A stretch of 64,000 bases of DNA from Eledone cirrhosa (Eukaryota): positions 262,322,001 through 262,386,000 of the forward strand of contig OZ024743.1 in NCBI GenBank assembly GCA_964016885.1, given 5' to 3'. The notes beneath the pieces are model-generated. The model did no database searches, had not been told where the DNA came from, and was given only the letters and a program-made list of their open reading frames with translations. Of this stretch, positions 1 through 12,721 are shown piece by piece (the first letter of the stretch is position 1; each line of letters begins with the position of its first letter). The position numbers were made by a program, and so were the translations under genes.

Positions 1-408
1 AAAATAAATTTTCCATAATGTAATTGTTTCCCAAAGAATTTCAAGGAAAAATCTTCAAAGGAATCGTTAGTGAGTATATTTATCACAAATTGTCAAATAT
101 TTGTTAGATTAATTTCATTGACACCTACTTCTTTTCTTGCTTTTCAAGTGGTTACTGCTTGTGTAACTGAATCACCATCTACTACCTATCCACTTAGGCT
201 AAATGGTGGGGCTTCGTGCACATAGAACTTAACCAGTCACTGCGAGATGCTTAGCAAGGCAGTGAGAAAAATACCAAAATACCTCCCAGGCATAGATGAA
301 GGCAATACCTATTTAAGTATTGCTTTTGTTTTTGCTGGGGAGGTATTTTTTTAAAGAATTTGGAGGTTTTTAGGAGCTAGTGAAGGACAGAGGATGGTTC
401 TGTTTTGG

Positions 409-440
<32 letters not shown>

Positions 441-1435
441 CTGTGTATGTGACAGAGTGGGGATTGGAGTCTGGAGCATGATTGTATATATATATATGTT
501 CATTTATTTTAATTCCAGCCAGTGGATTGTGGCCATGGTGGAGCACCGACCAAAGAAATTCTGTAAAGGAATCTTGGATGTGCCTATTTATAGTAGTTAT
601 GATATAAATCCTTAGACATGTCCTCTACTATCAAGCATGGTTAAAATATCAAAACAGCTTAATAAGTAGAAGAAATTTTTGAGTATATAATATATATATA
701 TATACATACACACATGTATATATTTTTCATATGTACATTTATATATACATTAACAATATATAAATGAAAATAAAATATTTGCAAAAGAGGAATATTCATT
801 AATAATAAATAAAAATAATTTTATGAAAATGTGAATAAAACATATATGTATTAAATTTTCATGGTTTCAACATGCAGTTAATAATAGCCTCATACCTATT
901 TATGTACATATAATGTGTATATGTCAGTTGTTTAATTATATACACTAATAAACTAGTGTAATCAAACTCACGTCATTTGCTTTTATTTGTGTGTATTTAT
1001 TTATTTATTTATTTGCATATGTGTGTATATGTATGTTTTGTCTGTTTCTCTTAATTTTGAGTATATTTTGGACCTGCCACCTTCCTCATGGCAAGGTTGT
1101 AAAGAAAATATTATATTTTTTCTTTGTTTTATGATGCATAGTGGACATCTGACAGTTGCACCAAGCTGACCAGACAAAAAAACATGGAATTTCTAAAACC
1201 TACTTTTTTGAGTGAGCAATGCCCTTCACAACTGGGACTGTTCAGACATAAATTTACACAACAACCAAATCCCATCACTGGGAGATGACATTGAGTGTAA
1301 CATGAGCCAACTACATGTAAGCTGGTGACTACATGCTCCCAACCCATCTGCCTGCACATGTCATTGCCTTCCCATCATCACTGGAGAAAAATAAAAACCA
1401 GGTTAAATTAGGTAAAATTAGTAATTACCTGTATA

Positions 1436-1628
1436 ATAATTGTTTCTACTTTTGGCATAAGGCCACAATTACCCAGTGCATTACTGGTACTTTATTTTAT
1501 CGACCCCGTAAGGATGAAAGGCAAAGTTAACCTCGGTGGGATTTGAACTCAGAATGGCAAGGGCCGTAACTCTATGCGTCAAAGCATGGCGTCCGACCCA
1601 CTACCGATACTGCCAATCCACCGCCTTT
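1436..1628 (-). mobile_element. tRNA-derived SINE family A (MetaSINE-like central domain)
   Basis: Reverse complement of the ~190-bp repeat ggcggtggattggcagtatcggtag..gagttcaaatcc (A/B boxes)..ctttcatccttacggggtcgataaaataaagtaccag..(att)n. At least 12 copies or fragments occur in the window. Confidence 0.85.
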
Positions 1629-1643
1629 TTATTATTACCTGTA

Positions 1644-2030
1644 TAATAATAATAATGAAATATTGTGTACAGTGCTCAGGTGCACTACAACTCATCAAAA
1701 AGTGTATGTATAGTACATAGGGTAATGTACAAATGTCAGGAAAATGAACAGTGCATGAGTCATGATATACATGTGTGCATGTGTATGGAAGGGGTACATC
1801 AGGTGTAGTTTTGGCAAATTTCGGGAAGCATGAGGGTTTTAAAGGATGCAGTGTCTCGGCAGCTAACAACTGGCGCAGGCAGTTTGTTCCATGCTTCAAC
1901 TCTGAGCGTGAAAAAATGTTTCCGAAAGTCATGGGAGCTGTGCTGTTTTCTGACTTTGTAGGCATGCCCATGTGTGTTAGACACATGGAAATCAAAAAGG
2001 TGCTCAGGGTTGTTGTAAAGTCATGTTAGG
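1644..2030 (-). mobile_element. CR1 LINE 3' fragment
   Basis: Translates to NTHGHAYKVRKQHSSHDFRKHFFTLRV, matching the C-terminus of the CR1 at 9883-12300; (att)n tail. Confidence 0.9.
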
Positions 2031-3480
2031 TTCAATAAATCTTTCAGAACATCTCATAGACACTCTCCAGCCTATTGGCATGATCTGAAGACAAGCCAAG
2101 GCAAGATATCTACTATCAATAAAAGGTTGCAGGTTCAATGTTGAGGGATTGTCCTAATCTTTAGTGGCAACTACAGATCCCCAAAATTGCTAAGATCATT
2201 CCCTGTACAATGATATATATGTCAGAGTGGTCTTTTCCTAAAGACAGGCTTTAACAAAAGCAAAGGTCTGCTTTCTTCCCAATGGTCTGAGAGAATACCA
2301 GACATAAACTTATAATTTCTAAGTAAATTCTATGTGTACAGACTATACGTACATGTATATTTAAGTATATATGAAGCATAGTTAGTGGTTGTTGTTGAAG
2401 AATGATGATAAACATGACAAATACAATAATTTTAGTTAGATTTATGATTTTACTTCACTTCATTAAAAAGAACGTGTTTATTATGCTTTGTTAGATTACA
2501 AAGTGACAAGTTGTTTCAGGATGTACATACCAGCATAGGTAGCAGTAAGCTTGCAGTGCAAAGGAGCTGTCTTGTTTATATGAAGAGGCAGATGATTCTC
2601 TGTGTGTAGTTGAAGTGCTGATGGAAGAATTGCTGCCTGGCTCTTGTCAACAGGGCTGAAGTTTTTTTGCTAAATACTACATCTCACTACGGATGCTTCT
2701 CTTCTGAGTTACCAAAGTCAACTGAGAGAAAGAAGTACTTATCTTGCTTTCACCTCAAGCTGACCAGTCAAGCCAGACCACTGAAGCCAACCCAGATAAA
2801 AGAGAAGTGGCATCTAGATGTCATTTATGGGTCAGTGTATGAAGAGATTTCGCTACATATATATGCATAAATGGATGTATAAGTCTATATACGTCTGGTG
2901 GTAAGAAACTCTCAGGAGAGCTGGACAGCAGAAGGTATTCAGAGAAGAAACCCCACTCAAGCAAGTATTTCAGCCCTTAACTTCTTACACTCTAAAGGGG
3001 CCAGGCTGCATCCATGTCATGAGTCCTTGGTGCCCTTCTGCTGACATTTAGTCATTTTGAAATTGGAGACTTGCTGTATTTAAATGGTATGGAGATTTTG
3101 TTGACAAGATCTAGCTGAAACTCCTCTCTGTTGCCTCTGATTTCAAACTTATATTTAAATGCTATCTTGAATTGGAAAAATAGTGTTGGTAATCATGGTA
3201 GTGATGAGACATCAACAGTTTTGTCGCCAACACTACAAACCATGGTTGACTCAGAGTTACTTCCCTTAGCATGTGTTAAAATACAAACACGGTGTCTCTT
3301 GCGTGATATGGAGGTCGTTTTTGTTCTTTGTCAACCAAATCCAGCTGGAACACCTTTCTGCTGCCTCTGATTTGTATATATAAGTATATGTATAAGTGTA
3401 TATATTATGTATGTGTGTGTGTATATGTATATTTATATATATATATATGTATGTATATATATATATATATATGTGTGTAT

Positions 3481-3806
3481 ATCATCATCATCATTTTTTA
3501 ACATCTATTTTCCACGCTAGCATGGGTTAGACGAGTTATCCTGTTGTGAGCAATGCCAGGTCAGGTGACCTTGCTCATACAGAACCGATTTTGGCTTCGT
3601 TTCTACAGCTGGATACCCTTCCTTGCACCAACCTCATTTACAGTGAGTACTGGGTGCTTTTTGCCATGATGCCTACATGACCATTTTACAGTGTGGGCTA
3701 AGCGCCTTTTTGCCATTTTGTCATCACAACCACTTTATAGTGTGGGCTGGGTGCTTTTTGCCGTGTTGCCATCACGACCACTTTACAGTGTGGGCTGGGT
3801 GCTTCA
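3481..3806 (-). mobile_element. RTE 3'UTR-derived fragment with ~47-bp tandem units
   Basis: (cat)n tail, ctggatacccttcc motif and tandem tacagtgtgggctgggtgctttttg units, as in the 3'UTR at 34116-34509. Confidence 0.75.
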
Positions 3807-3878
3807 CTGGACGTATGGGAGTGGGCCTATATATATATACACATATTTGTATGTGTATATGTGTGTGTGTGTATATAT

Positions 3879-4743
3879 AGAGGACAAAACCCTGATTCCG
3901 TCAGGGAAATGGCCATGTTCGATATGCAGAAAAGGAACTGGCATAAATTCTATAAAATGCACACAATGCAGATCCTGGGTACACAAGAGATGTAGCAGGA
4001 TAGCAGGCAAACTAACAGGTAGGGAGAAATATGTATGCAGTAGATGTACAGGGAAATTAGACAGTAGAAGTCGCATTGATAGACACATTTTTCAAATGCA
4101 GGAGGGTGCTAAAGAAGTGGTGGATAGCTTCCGGTACCTAGGAGATCAGATTAGCATGGGAGGAGGGTGTTCTGAGGCCATAGTATCTAGAATAAGGATG
4201 GGTTATAAGAAGTTTAGGGAGCTGCTTCCTCTGTTGACGAAGAAGGGTTTCTCCCTGCGTACGAAAGGCCGGTTGTATGATGCATGTGTGAGGAGCGCGA
4301 TGCTGCATAGTAGTGAGACATGGGCAGCAACTGCAAAGGATATGCGACGGCTGGAGAGAAATGAGGCAAGCATGCTCCGTTGGATGTGCAATGTAAATGT
4401 GCGTGAACGACCCAGCATAAATGTGTTGAGAGAGAAACTGTGTCTGAGAGGGATAGAATGTAGTGTACGGGAGAGGAGACTGAGGTGGTATGGACATGTG
4501 ATGCGCATGGAGGATGACCGATGGGTGAAGAAGTGCCAGGAAATGCCAGTTGAAGGAAGACGTGGTAGAGGTAGACCACGAAAAACATGGGCGGAGGTGG
4601 TGAGAATAGACCTCAGATCATTGAAGCTCACGGTGGAGATGACGAGGGACCGTGACAAGTGGAGAGATGCTGTACTGAATAAGACCCATCCCACCCTTGC
4701 AAGCAGGGAAAAGCGGACGTAAAATGATGATGAGGATGATGAT
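3879..4743 (+). mobile_element. RTE LINE, 5'-truncated (PHD-like finger plus C-terminal region)
   Basis: Open frame [49 protein letters not shown]; ends in a (gat)n tail; 5' junction lies in a TA/TG microsatellite. Confidence 0.9.
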
Positions 4744-4937
4744 ATATATGATCATCACCGTTTAACGTCTATTTTCCATGCATGGGTTAGATGGGTTGTC
4801 TACGTCATGAGACAAGTCTAGCCAGTTAGCCGCACTGTATCTTGCTCAGACAGAACTGTATTTGGCTGGGATTTTTACAGCTGGATAGCCTTCCTAACAC
4901 CAACCATTTTATATATATATGTATATATATATATATA

Positions 4938-5137
4938 CAACAAAGAGTGTGTGGCAAGATACCAGGTGAACCATAACACACCAGAGTACTCGATACTTGG
5001 GGTAGTAGAGTGGGTAATAAGAAAAGATTCAGGACTCTGATGGCTGAGCTTCGGCCATTTCGACAGCTAGATCCGGGCTTAGTTCGGATCTAGCTGTCAA
5101 AACGGCCGGAGCTCAGCCATGGGGTTCTGAATTTTTC
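4938..5137 (-). mobile_element. (TA)n-embedded palindromic element, copy 1 (probable Penelope-like pLTR remnant)
   Basis: ~80-bp unique flank shared with 25203-25280, followed by an imperfect hairpin with ~55-bp arms at 5021-5137; TA repeats on both sides. Confidence 0.6.
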
Positions 5138-5782
5138 ATATATTTATATATATAATGGGGCACACATGGGCTCCATAAACTGTAGTGAAGGCCACGTCTC
5201 TAGGAGAGTAGACACTCCAAGTAAATACTGATACAGGGTGGAGAGGACTCTCAAGTCTGGTAAGACAGCCTCTCTAGGGCTGGTGACATGAACAATGCAC
5301 CCAGTCCACACTGTAAAGTGCTTGATGATAGGAAGGGCATCCAGCCAGTAAAACCTAGCCAAAATTATCATCATCATCATTGTGGCCAATCCATGTATGG
5401 AAAAGCGGACATAAAAATGATGATGATGATGATTATATATATACTTCTGTTAAACATTTTGAGTAATAAGGGTTATGTAAGTAACACACCAGTGCATATA
5501 TTGTGTAAACCACCAACACTGCAGAAGTTGGCATGCCTTTCACACAACTGTAGAGATCTCTCAATCCTTTTTGGCATGGTTTCTACAGATGGATGCCCTT
5601 CATATCATCAGCAACCTTATATGGTGCATCAGCACTAGAGAGGCTGTCATATCCTACTGCAGGATCCTCTCAACGCTTTTGGCATGGTTTCTATGGCTAG
5701 TAGCCCTTTCAAATACCAAGATAGTGCGTTTGGTGTGTTTTATCATGGCACCAGCACTACAGAGATTGTCGACCACATATCC

Positions 5783-6879
5783 TATATATAGAGTAAGAAA
5801 AAGCGAAGTAGTTTCAGATGTTAAAGTCCTTTAATGATAATGCTGTGATACATATTTCAATGGCGACAGTGGCCACACGGTTCTCTGCGCCCAGTGCTGT
5901 GACATCATCAGACAGCTTGTTACATAATAAGGTTATGTTTCCGAGGCAATCCAAATTGAATCGACATGTATTGTTTGTATTTTTTGTATTTTTTGTATTT
6001 TTTGTGTATGTTATATTTCGCATTTTTTGTTTTGTTCCATGTGATAAAAATATTAACTATGTATTCGCCTAACTACTACGCTTCATACAGTAATTTAACC
6101 TCCGTTCTACTGAGGTACTATAGTTCAATATGTAGATAATATATCTGTAACATTGATCCCCCTTTCAAAACTTCTTACTTAAACATCTTCCTACTTATTA
6201 GTTATTATATGTACATATATATTTTTACTTACTTCAATCTAGATTCTAACTTGTAGTTTTTTTTAATTTTTGATTTTTGATTTTTAATTTTTAGTGTTAA
6301 TTTCCAACTCATTCATAATTTCCACTGTGAAACCATAATACCTAGAAATAAGTATATATTCTCTTAGTGGTTGATGGTCAATTCTACTGTCCATGCTTAA
6401 TTTAGGGGTAGTATTAAGACCTATTGATACTCATACTTTCCCACCCCCACTAGCTCTTGGCCGGCTGCCACTAACAGGGTGGCTAGCAGTAATCTATAAC
6501 CGTGTCATATTACAGGCCTGGATGGGGTCATTGTTTGGTTGAGAGGGGGACCTGCCTAGGCGAGTTTCATAGAACTCTGCGGTAGTTGATGGTCAACTTC
6601 CTTCGGACTTACACCTGCACAGACCGGTGGGAGTGAATTGGGACTCACAGGGGAACGGGCAAAGAACTCAAGAGCACACGCTTTGTGCATTGCCATGTCA
6701 ATTCAATTTCGATTGCCTCGGAAACATAACCTTATTATGTAACAAGCTGTCTGATGATGTCACGGCACTGGGCGCACAGAACCGTGTGGCCACTGTCGCC
6801 ATTGAAATATGTATCACAGCATTATCATTAAAGGACTTTAACATCTGAAACTACTTCGCTTTTTCTTATTCGATATATA
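5783..6879. mobile_element. Non-autonomous element with 186-bp inverted arms
   Basis: 5783-5968 is the reverse complement of 6694-6879 with about six mismatches by eye; ends lie in TATATA; interior is non-coding. Confidence 0.85.
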
Positions 6880-6947
6880 CTCCATCACTCCTATGTGGAA
6901 AAAGTACGTTGAGTGCTTGAATTGAATTGCATCAATATTTACCTTAA

Positions 6948-6984
<37 letters not shown>

Positions 6985-7251
6985 TATATATAGGTATGGA
7001 AGTCCATGTGGCATAGCAACTTAGGCAAGTGTCTCCTAATAGAGCCCCAGACTGACCAATTCCTTGTGAGTAAATCTGGTACATGGAAACTACAAGAAAA
7101 CCTATCATATATATAAATATATGTGTAAGAGAGAGAGGGAGAGATAGAACTAGATTGTTTACTGCATGCATCTTTATATCTATAGCATGTATAGCTAGCA
7201 GTTGCTTATGTATTGCAGTGTAGCCATTTGACAGAAATGACCAGTATATAC

Positions 7252-9739
7252 CATTGCTTCTCAACCTTTTTCAGCCCATGGACCATTTTTTTCTTCAAAA
7301 AATTCCAATGGACCACTCCTACTTTTACTTTTAAGCTGTTCCATTTTCACACTAAAATACTTAATGAAAAGACAAAATAGTCTATTTACACTTTAAAATT
7401 TATTTTAGTAAACAAGGATAAACACAGGATATCAAAATCAATTTTGATGAAGTCATTCAGTTTTAGTCCATTCAGCTAGTGACTACCTTGATCATGGTGT
7501 TTCTGACACAAGATATCATAATCAATTTTGATGAAGTCATTCAGTCTTAGTCTGATAGTTCCTCTGCTGTTGAGATCTAATTTATTTCTTTTTCTACTGA
7601 AAACATCCACAACAGCTGAAAATCCAGATTCCACCATCCATGTGGTAAGGAAAGAAATGATGCTTGCTTCTACATGTTGAAAAATATTTGGGTGTGCGTC
7701 CTTTATGTAGGCAAAGACACCTTCTTTGTCAACTCTTCTTCTCAGTTTTACATTCTCTTTCATTTCCAACAACATTTCAGCCAACTCAACATTTTCATCT
7801 CCTGGCTCATAATTTTCTAGGTCTACAAACCAGAGTGGATAATCCATCTTTAATAGATCATTGTATCTTCTCTCAAAGTCTACACGAAGACCTTCAAGAT
7901 GGGCAATGCATGCAGCAATGCATTCTGATGTAGGAGCAGTGGTGTTGAAATTTTGAAATGATGCTAAAATTTTTTTCTCAAACTGTTTTTTCCAAAATTT
8001 CAATTTCCCCATATAGCGTTTTATCTTCTGAGCACAGGTGACTAAATCTGATCTTCTACCTTGCAGCTCCAAGTTAAGCAGATTCACTGTTTTAAAAATA
8101 TCACTCAGGTAGAATATTTTTGATTTAAACTCAGGAAGTCTTTCCAAAATTTCCGTAGCTGTATCAGCTTGCTTCTTGGAGTTGTAATGAGTCATTTGGG
8201 ACTTGAACATGAGAAAGTTTATTAATGGTTCCCACAAATTCACTAGTCTTTCAAGGCTCGGGCCTTTTGACAACCATCTTACTTCTGTGTGAAGCAATAG
8301 GGTTTTAAAATTTTCATCTTCACAGAATTGTACAAAAAATCTATTATTCACTGAGTTTGATTTGACAAAGTTAATTGCATGTATGGCAGTGTTGAGTGCT
8401 TCTTGCATGTCTCCTCCAATATTCTTAGCAACCAAATGCTGTCTGTGGATAATGCAATGTATATAAAAGATGTGAGGAGCAACTGATTTCATTCTAGAAA
8501 CAAAGCCTGTCACTTTTCCAGTCATAGCTGCAGCCTCATCTGATGCAATGTTGATCAAATTAGTCAATGGAATAATTTTATCATTAAAATACTGCATTAC
8601 TTCATTGAATACATCTTCTCTATTAGTAGTTTCAGGCAAACTTTTAATGAATAACATTTCTTCCCTTATATCATGGATGAATCTGACATAGACCAGAAGG
8701 ATAGCTTGGTTATGAATTGTGCTCTCATCAACCTGGATAGAAAACTTTGTCTTTTGCAGAATTTCCATCTTCTCCTCAACAAAATTAGACATTTCATCCT
8801 GTCTTCTTGTAATAGTGTCATTTGAAAGTGGAATTGTACTCAGGGTAGATGCAGCATCTTTTCCCAGAACCTCATTTGCACAAGCTATCATAGCAGGCTT
8901 GACAAGCTTCTCACCATAAACCTGAGGTGCTGCAACCTTGGCAATAATTTCAGAAACCAAATAACTTGGTTTGAGTGTCTTTCTTTTGCAGTATTCATCT
9001 TCTTTACAAAGTCGGATAGTTTGACTGGCTGTCTTATATTTTTATTCTCAAAATATTCCTATCTTTACCAACAGATGATGGATGCTTTGATTTCTGGTGC
9101 TGCTCCAGCTTAAATTTCTTCATGGAATGATTTGTCAAGATGGCACCACATTCAAGACACATAGGTTTTGAGTCTACAGATACAAAGCCAAACATGATAA
9201 AATCTTCCATGTAATTCCTCAGTTTTGCCTTTTTAGCAGTTGGTTCAGACATTCTTACAACTGATATGAAAAAAAAAAAATAATAAATACTTTATTTCTA
9301 TAAATTAGAAATATCAAATTTATTATCAAACAATATTGTGTAGTGATCTATTAGCATAGGAATAATTTGTTTGGTCCTTGTGGCGGATATATGTACCGAG
9401 TCTTTGCTATTCTCTTGAATATCTTACTATAATTTGCCGAATGTCCGTCTGTCTGTCCGTTTTAGTTATCAACGAAGAAGATTTCACGGTATGTACATTC
9501 GTTACAAGTACCATTTTTTATATGAATAAAAAAAAAAAATAAATATAGCACTGCATAATACCTACGTAATTTCGAAATTTTCAAATATAATGGACATGTG
9601 TGTAATTAAACAAAATATTATATTAGTTACATTTTTGTGAAATGGCTACAATTTTTTTATGGTTACGAATTCTCTGTGGACCACTAGAAATGCTATGTGG
9701 ACCACCGGTGGTCCACCTGGACCACGTTGAGAATCACTG
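7252..9739 (-). mobile_element. Full-length hAT DNA transposon (Buster/Charlie type)
   Basis: TIRs cattgcttctcaacc / gttgagaatcactg; perfect 8-bp TSD GTATATAC at 7244-7251 and 9740-9747 with central TA, typical of Buster elements; encodes a transposase. Confidence 0.95.
7476..9252 (-). pseudogene. hAT transposase (ZBED5/SCAND3-like), frameshifted near 9050-8960
   Basis: N-terminal BED-like finger (PMCLEC..LEQHQKSKHP), FSIQVDEST, IASDEAAAM, HCIIHRQHL, EVRWLSKG and VESGFS motifs; split into 72-aa and 494-aa ORFs. Confidence 0.9.
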
Positions 9740-9882
9740 GTATATACTATCCTAAAAAATAACAATAGTTGGCATCAGGAATAATGTACAGCTGTTTAAA
9801 ATTGCCTCAAAAAGTCTGCTATAGCTCATGTTAGCGAGGAGAGAGTGTATGTAAAAAGAATGATTATATATATATATATATA

Positions 9883-12300
9883 TGACTTCCTTGAGCTGGT
9901 GCTGGACTCGAGTTGGTCCCAGGTGGTCACCTCCCCAACAAGAGGTGACAACACTTTGGACCTACTCTTCACCACTACTCCTGAAACGGTCATTAGTGTT
10001 ACTGCTGAGGAACCTTTAGGTGACTCTGATCATGCTATGATCATTGCCAATCTATCCCTCATGGGCAGTAACAAGAACCACAACCATCTCCAAACTGCTC
10101 ACTTTGACTGGAATAAAGCAGACTGGAACTGTTACTGCACCGAGTTGGAACGGCCAAACTGGCTTGAGTTCTACGACTCTGGAGATGTCAACACTGTACT
10201 CCAGAACATCCTGAGCTCAATATGGACAGCATGTGCAGCATCGGTGCCATGTAAGCGGAAAAAACATCCCAAAAGCGCAATTTGGGAGACTGCAGCAGTC
10301 CGTCTTGCCAGAAAAGAACGGCGCAATGCTGAACGTGAGTACAAACTTCACAAATCAGACATTAATAGGAAGAGGCGAAATAGATCGTCCAACCACCTCA
10401 AACAGGTGACAAAAAAGGCAGTGCTTCAATTTGAGCAGCGCATAGCAACCAGCCCTGACAGTAAGGTGTTCTGGAAGTATGTTCACTCAAAGCAGAGGCC
10501 TCACACTCCAGTTGGTCCTCTTCGCAATCCCCACACAAGCCAGGTTACTGACGACCCCAAGGAATGCGCAGAGCTCATTGCTGAATGCTATGCAGGCATT
10601 TTCACTATTGAAGACCAGAGTGTACCATCTCCACCACCTATGACACCGGACTCTATTACAACCATGGAATTTACACCTGCAATGCTGCGACGTCACCTAA
10701 AAAATAAACACAACCATGCCTCTCCTGGTCTTGATGGTGTTACGTACCTGCTTCTTAAACGTGGTGGGTACTTTCTTCTACACCAGTTATCACGCTTCTT
10801 CCAATTCTGTCTGAACAACAGTGCTACTCCAGAACAGTGGAAAACTGCCAGTGTCATTCCTCTGTTCAAAAAGGGTGACCGCACATCACCTGTCAACTAT
10901 CGTCCAGTCAGTCTTACTAGTTGCATCACCAAACTGATGGAATCCTGTGTCAGAGAAACACTTTGGAACTTCTGGAGCTCTCACAGTCTTATCCGGCCCT
11001 TGCAATTTGGATTTATCCCCAACCCCAGCTGCTATGATCAACTTATAGAGTTTCTTGAGGACATCACCCGGATCACTGATGGCGGCTCATGGGTGGATGT
11101 TGTTTACCTTGACTTTGCGAAGGCCTTCAATTCTGTGCCACACAAAAGGCTTATGGCAAAACTCTCTGCAATGGGTGTGAAGGATGATCTTTTTAACTGG
11201 TTGAAGTCCTTCATTCTCAGTTGAAGAGAGGTAGTCACGGTTCTGGGACAGCATTCCTCACCATATGAGATGTCATCTGGTGTACCACAGGGATCTGTTC
11301 TTGGCCCCCTTTTGTTTGTGGCATATATTAATGACATAGATGCCAAATTAAGGAATGCCACAGTACTAAAGTACGCAGACGACATCAAGCTGTACCTTGA
11401 GATAAAAAGGACAGATCCTGAACACTATAGATCTTGCTTGCAGTCTGACCTGGACACAATGCAACAGTGGATCTCAGACTGGCAACTCAAGCTAGCTATG
11501 GACAAGTGCACCACCATGCATTTTGGGAGTAAAAACCCAGCGTCCACATACTCCCTCCACAGCACTAATATCAAGAAGTCTTCCTGTGAACGTGACCTGG
11601 GCATTACGGTCAGCAGCGATTTGCGTTGGACGAGGCACGTCTTTAAAATTGTCAAGAGGGCTGAGGGTGTCTTAGCATCACTCAGCAAGACCTTTGTCAG
11701 CCGCTCTCCAGATATCTATTTAAGGCTGTATACAGCTATGGTGCGACTACACTTAGAATTTGCATCACCAGTGTGGAACCCCTATCTTGTTCAGGACATT
11801 GACCGCCTGGAAACTGTTCAGAGACGTGCAACCAAGCGAATACCCTCCATCAGGCATCTACCATACTCTGAGCGCCTTGCTTCCCTGGGCATGGATTCAT
11901 TGAAGCTCCGACGCCTGGCAACTGACTTGGTAAACACCCACAAAATTGTTAACCATGTTGCCAACAACAACCCTGAGTACCATTTTGATTTCCATGTGTC
12001 TAACACACGTGGACATGCCCACAAAGTAAGAAAACAGCACAGTTCCCATGACTTTCGGAAACATTTTTTCACGCTCAGAGTTGCTGAAGTATGGAACAAA
12101 CTACCTGCATCAATTGTTAGCTGTCGAGACACTGCATCCTTTAAGGCCTCCATGCTTCCCGAGATCCGCCAACACTACAGCTAACACATACACACATGTA
12201 CTTCCCTGACATTTGTGTATTATTCTATGTACTATATTGACGAGTTGTAGTGCACCTGAGCACTTTACACAATAATTTCATTATTATTATTATTATTATT
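9883..12300 (+). mobile_element. CR1-clade LINE, 5'-truncated ORF2 with one in-frame stop
   Basis: Endonuclease end (PTRGDNTLDL, GDSDH), RT motifs (YRPVSLTS, YLDFAKAF, GVPQGSVLGP, YADD) and CR1 C-terminus (TRGH..K..FFT.RV..WN.LP). ORFs 9845-11224 and 11270-12184 share a frame and are separated by a TGA; (att)n tail. Confidence 0.93.
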
Positions 12301-12721
12301 ATATATACATACTACAGTTCTGTGTGAGCAAGACATGGTCATCTGACTCAACTTGCCTCAAACGGGACAACCCGTTTAACCCATGCTAGTGTGGAAAAAT
12401 GAACGTTAAACAGTGATGATGATGATAATGATATTGGCCACTGGTAGTGGAAAAATCATACTGTTCTGGGAGTAACACCAACTGGTAAGTCACCTAAAAT
12501 CCTATATTTGGGTATATTCATTCACCTGCCAATACATATATACTAGGCAATACCCACAAAATCGATCCTCATAAAAAATCATACATATATATATATATAT
12601 CTTTTCTTTTCTTGCTCTTGCTCAACAAGGCTGGGATCATCCTGAGCCAGCGATCCCAAAGCATCATTGTGCGTAGGCTCGAATATATATACCCCCCCAT
12701 AAATAGGGATTTTGGTTTAAG

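Noticed and set aside
3691-3878. N-terminal part of the 343-aa ORF as a host protein fusion
   Set aside because: Chance read-through from an antisense RTE 3'UTR and a microsatellite into the truncated RTE frame.
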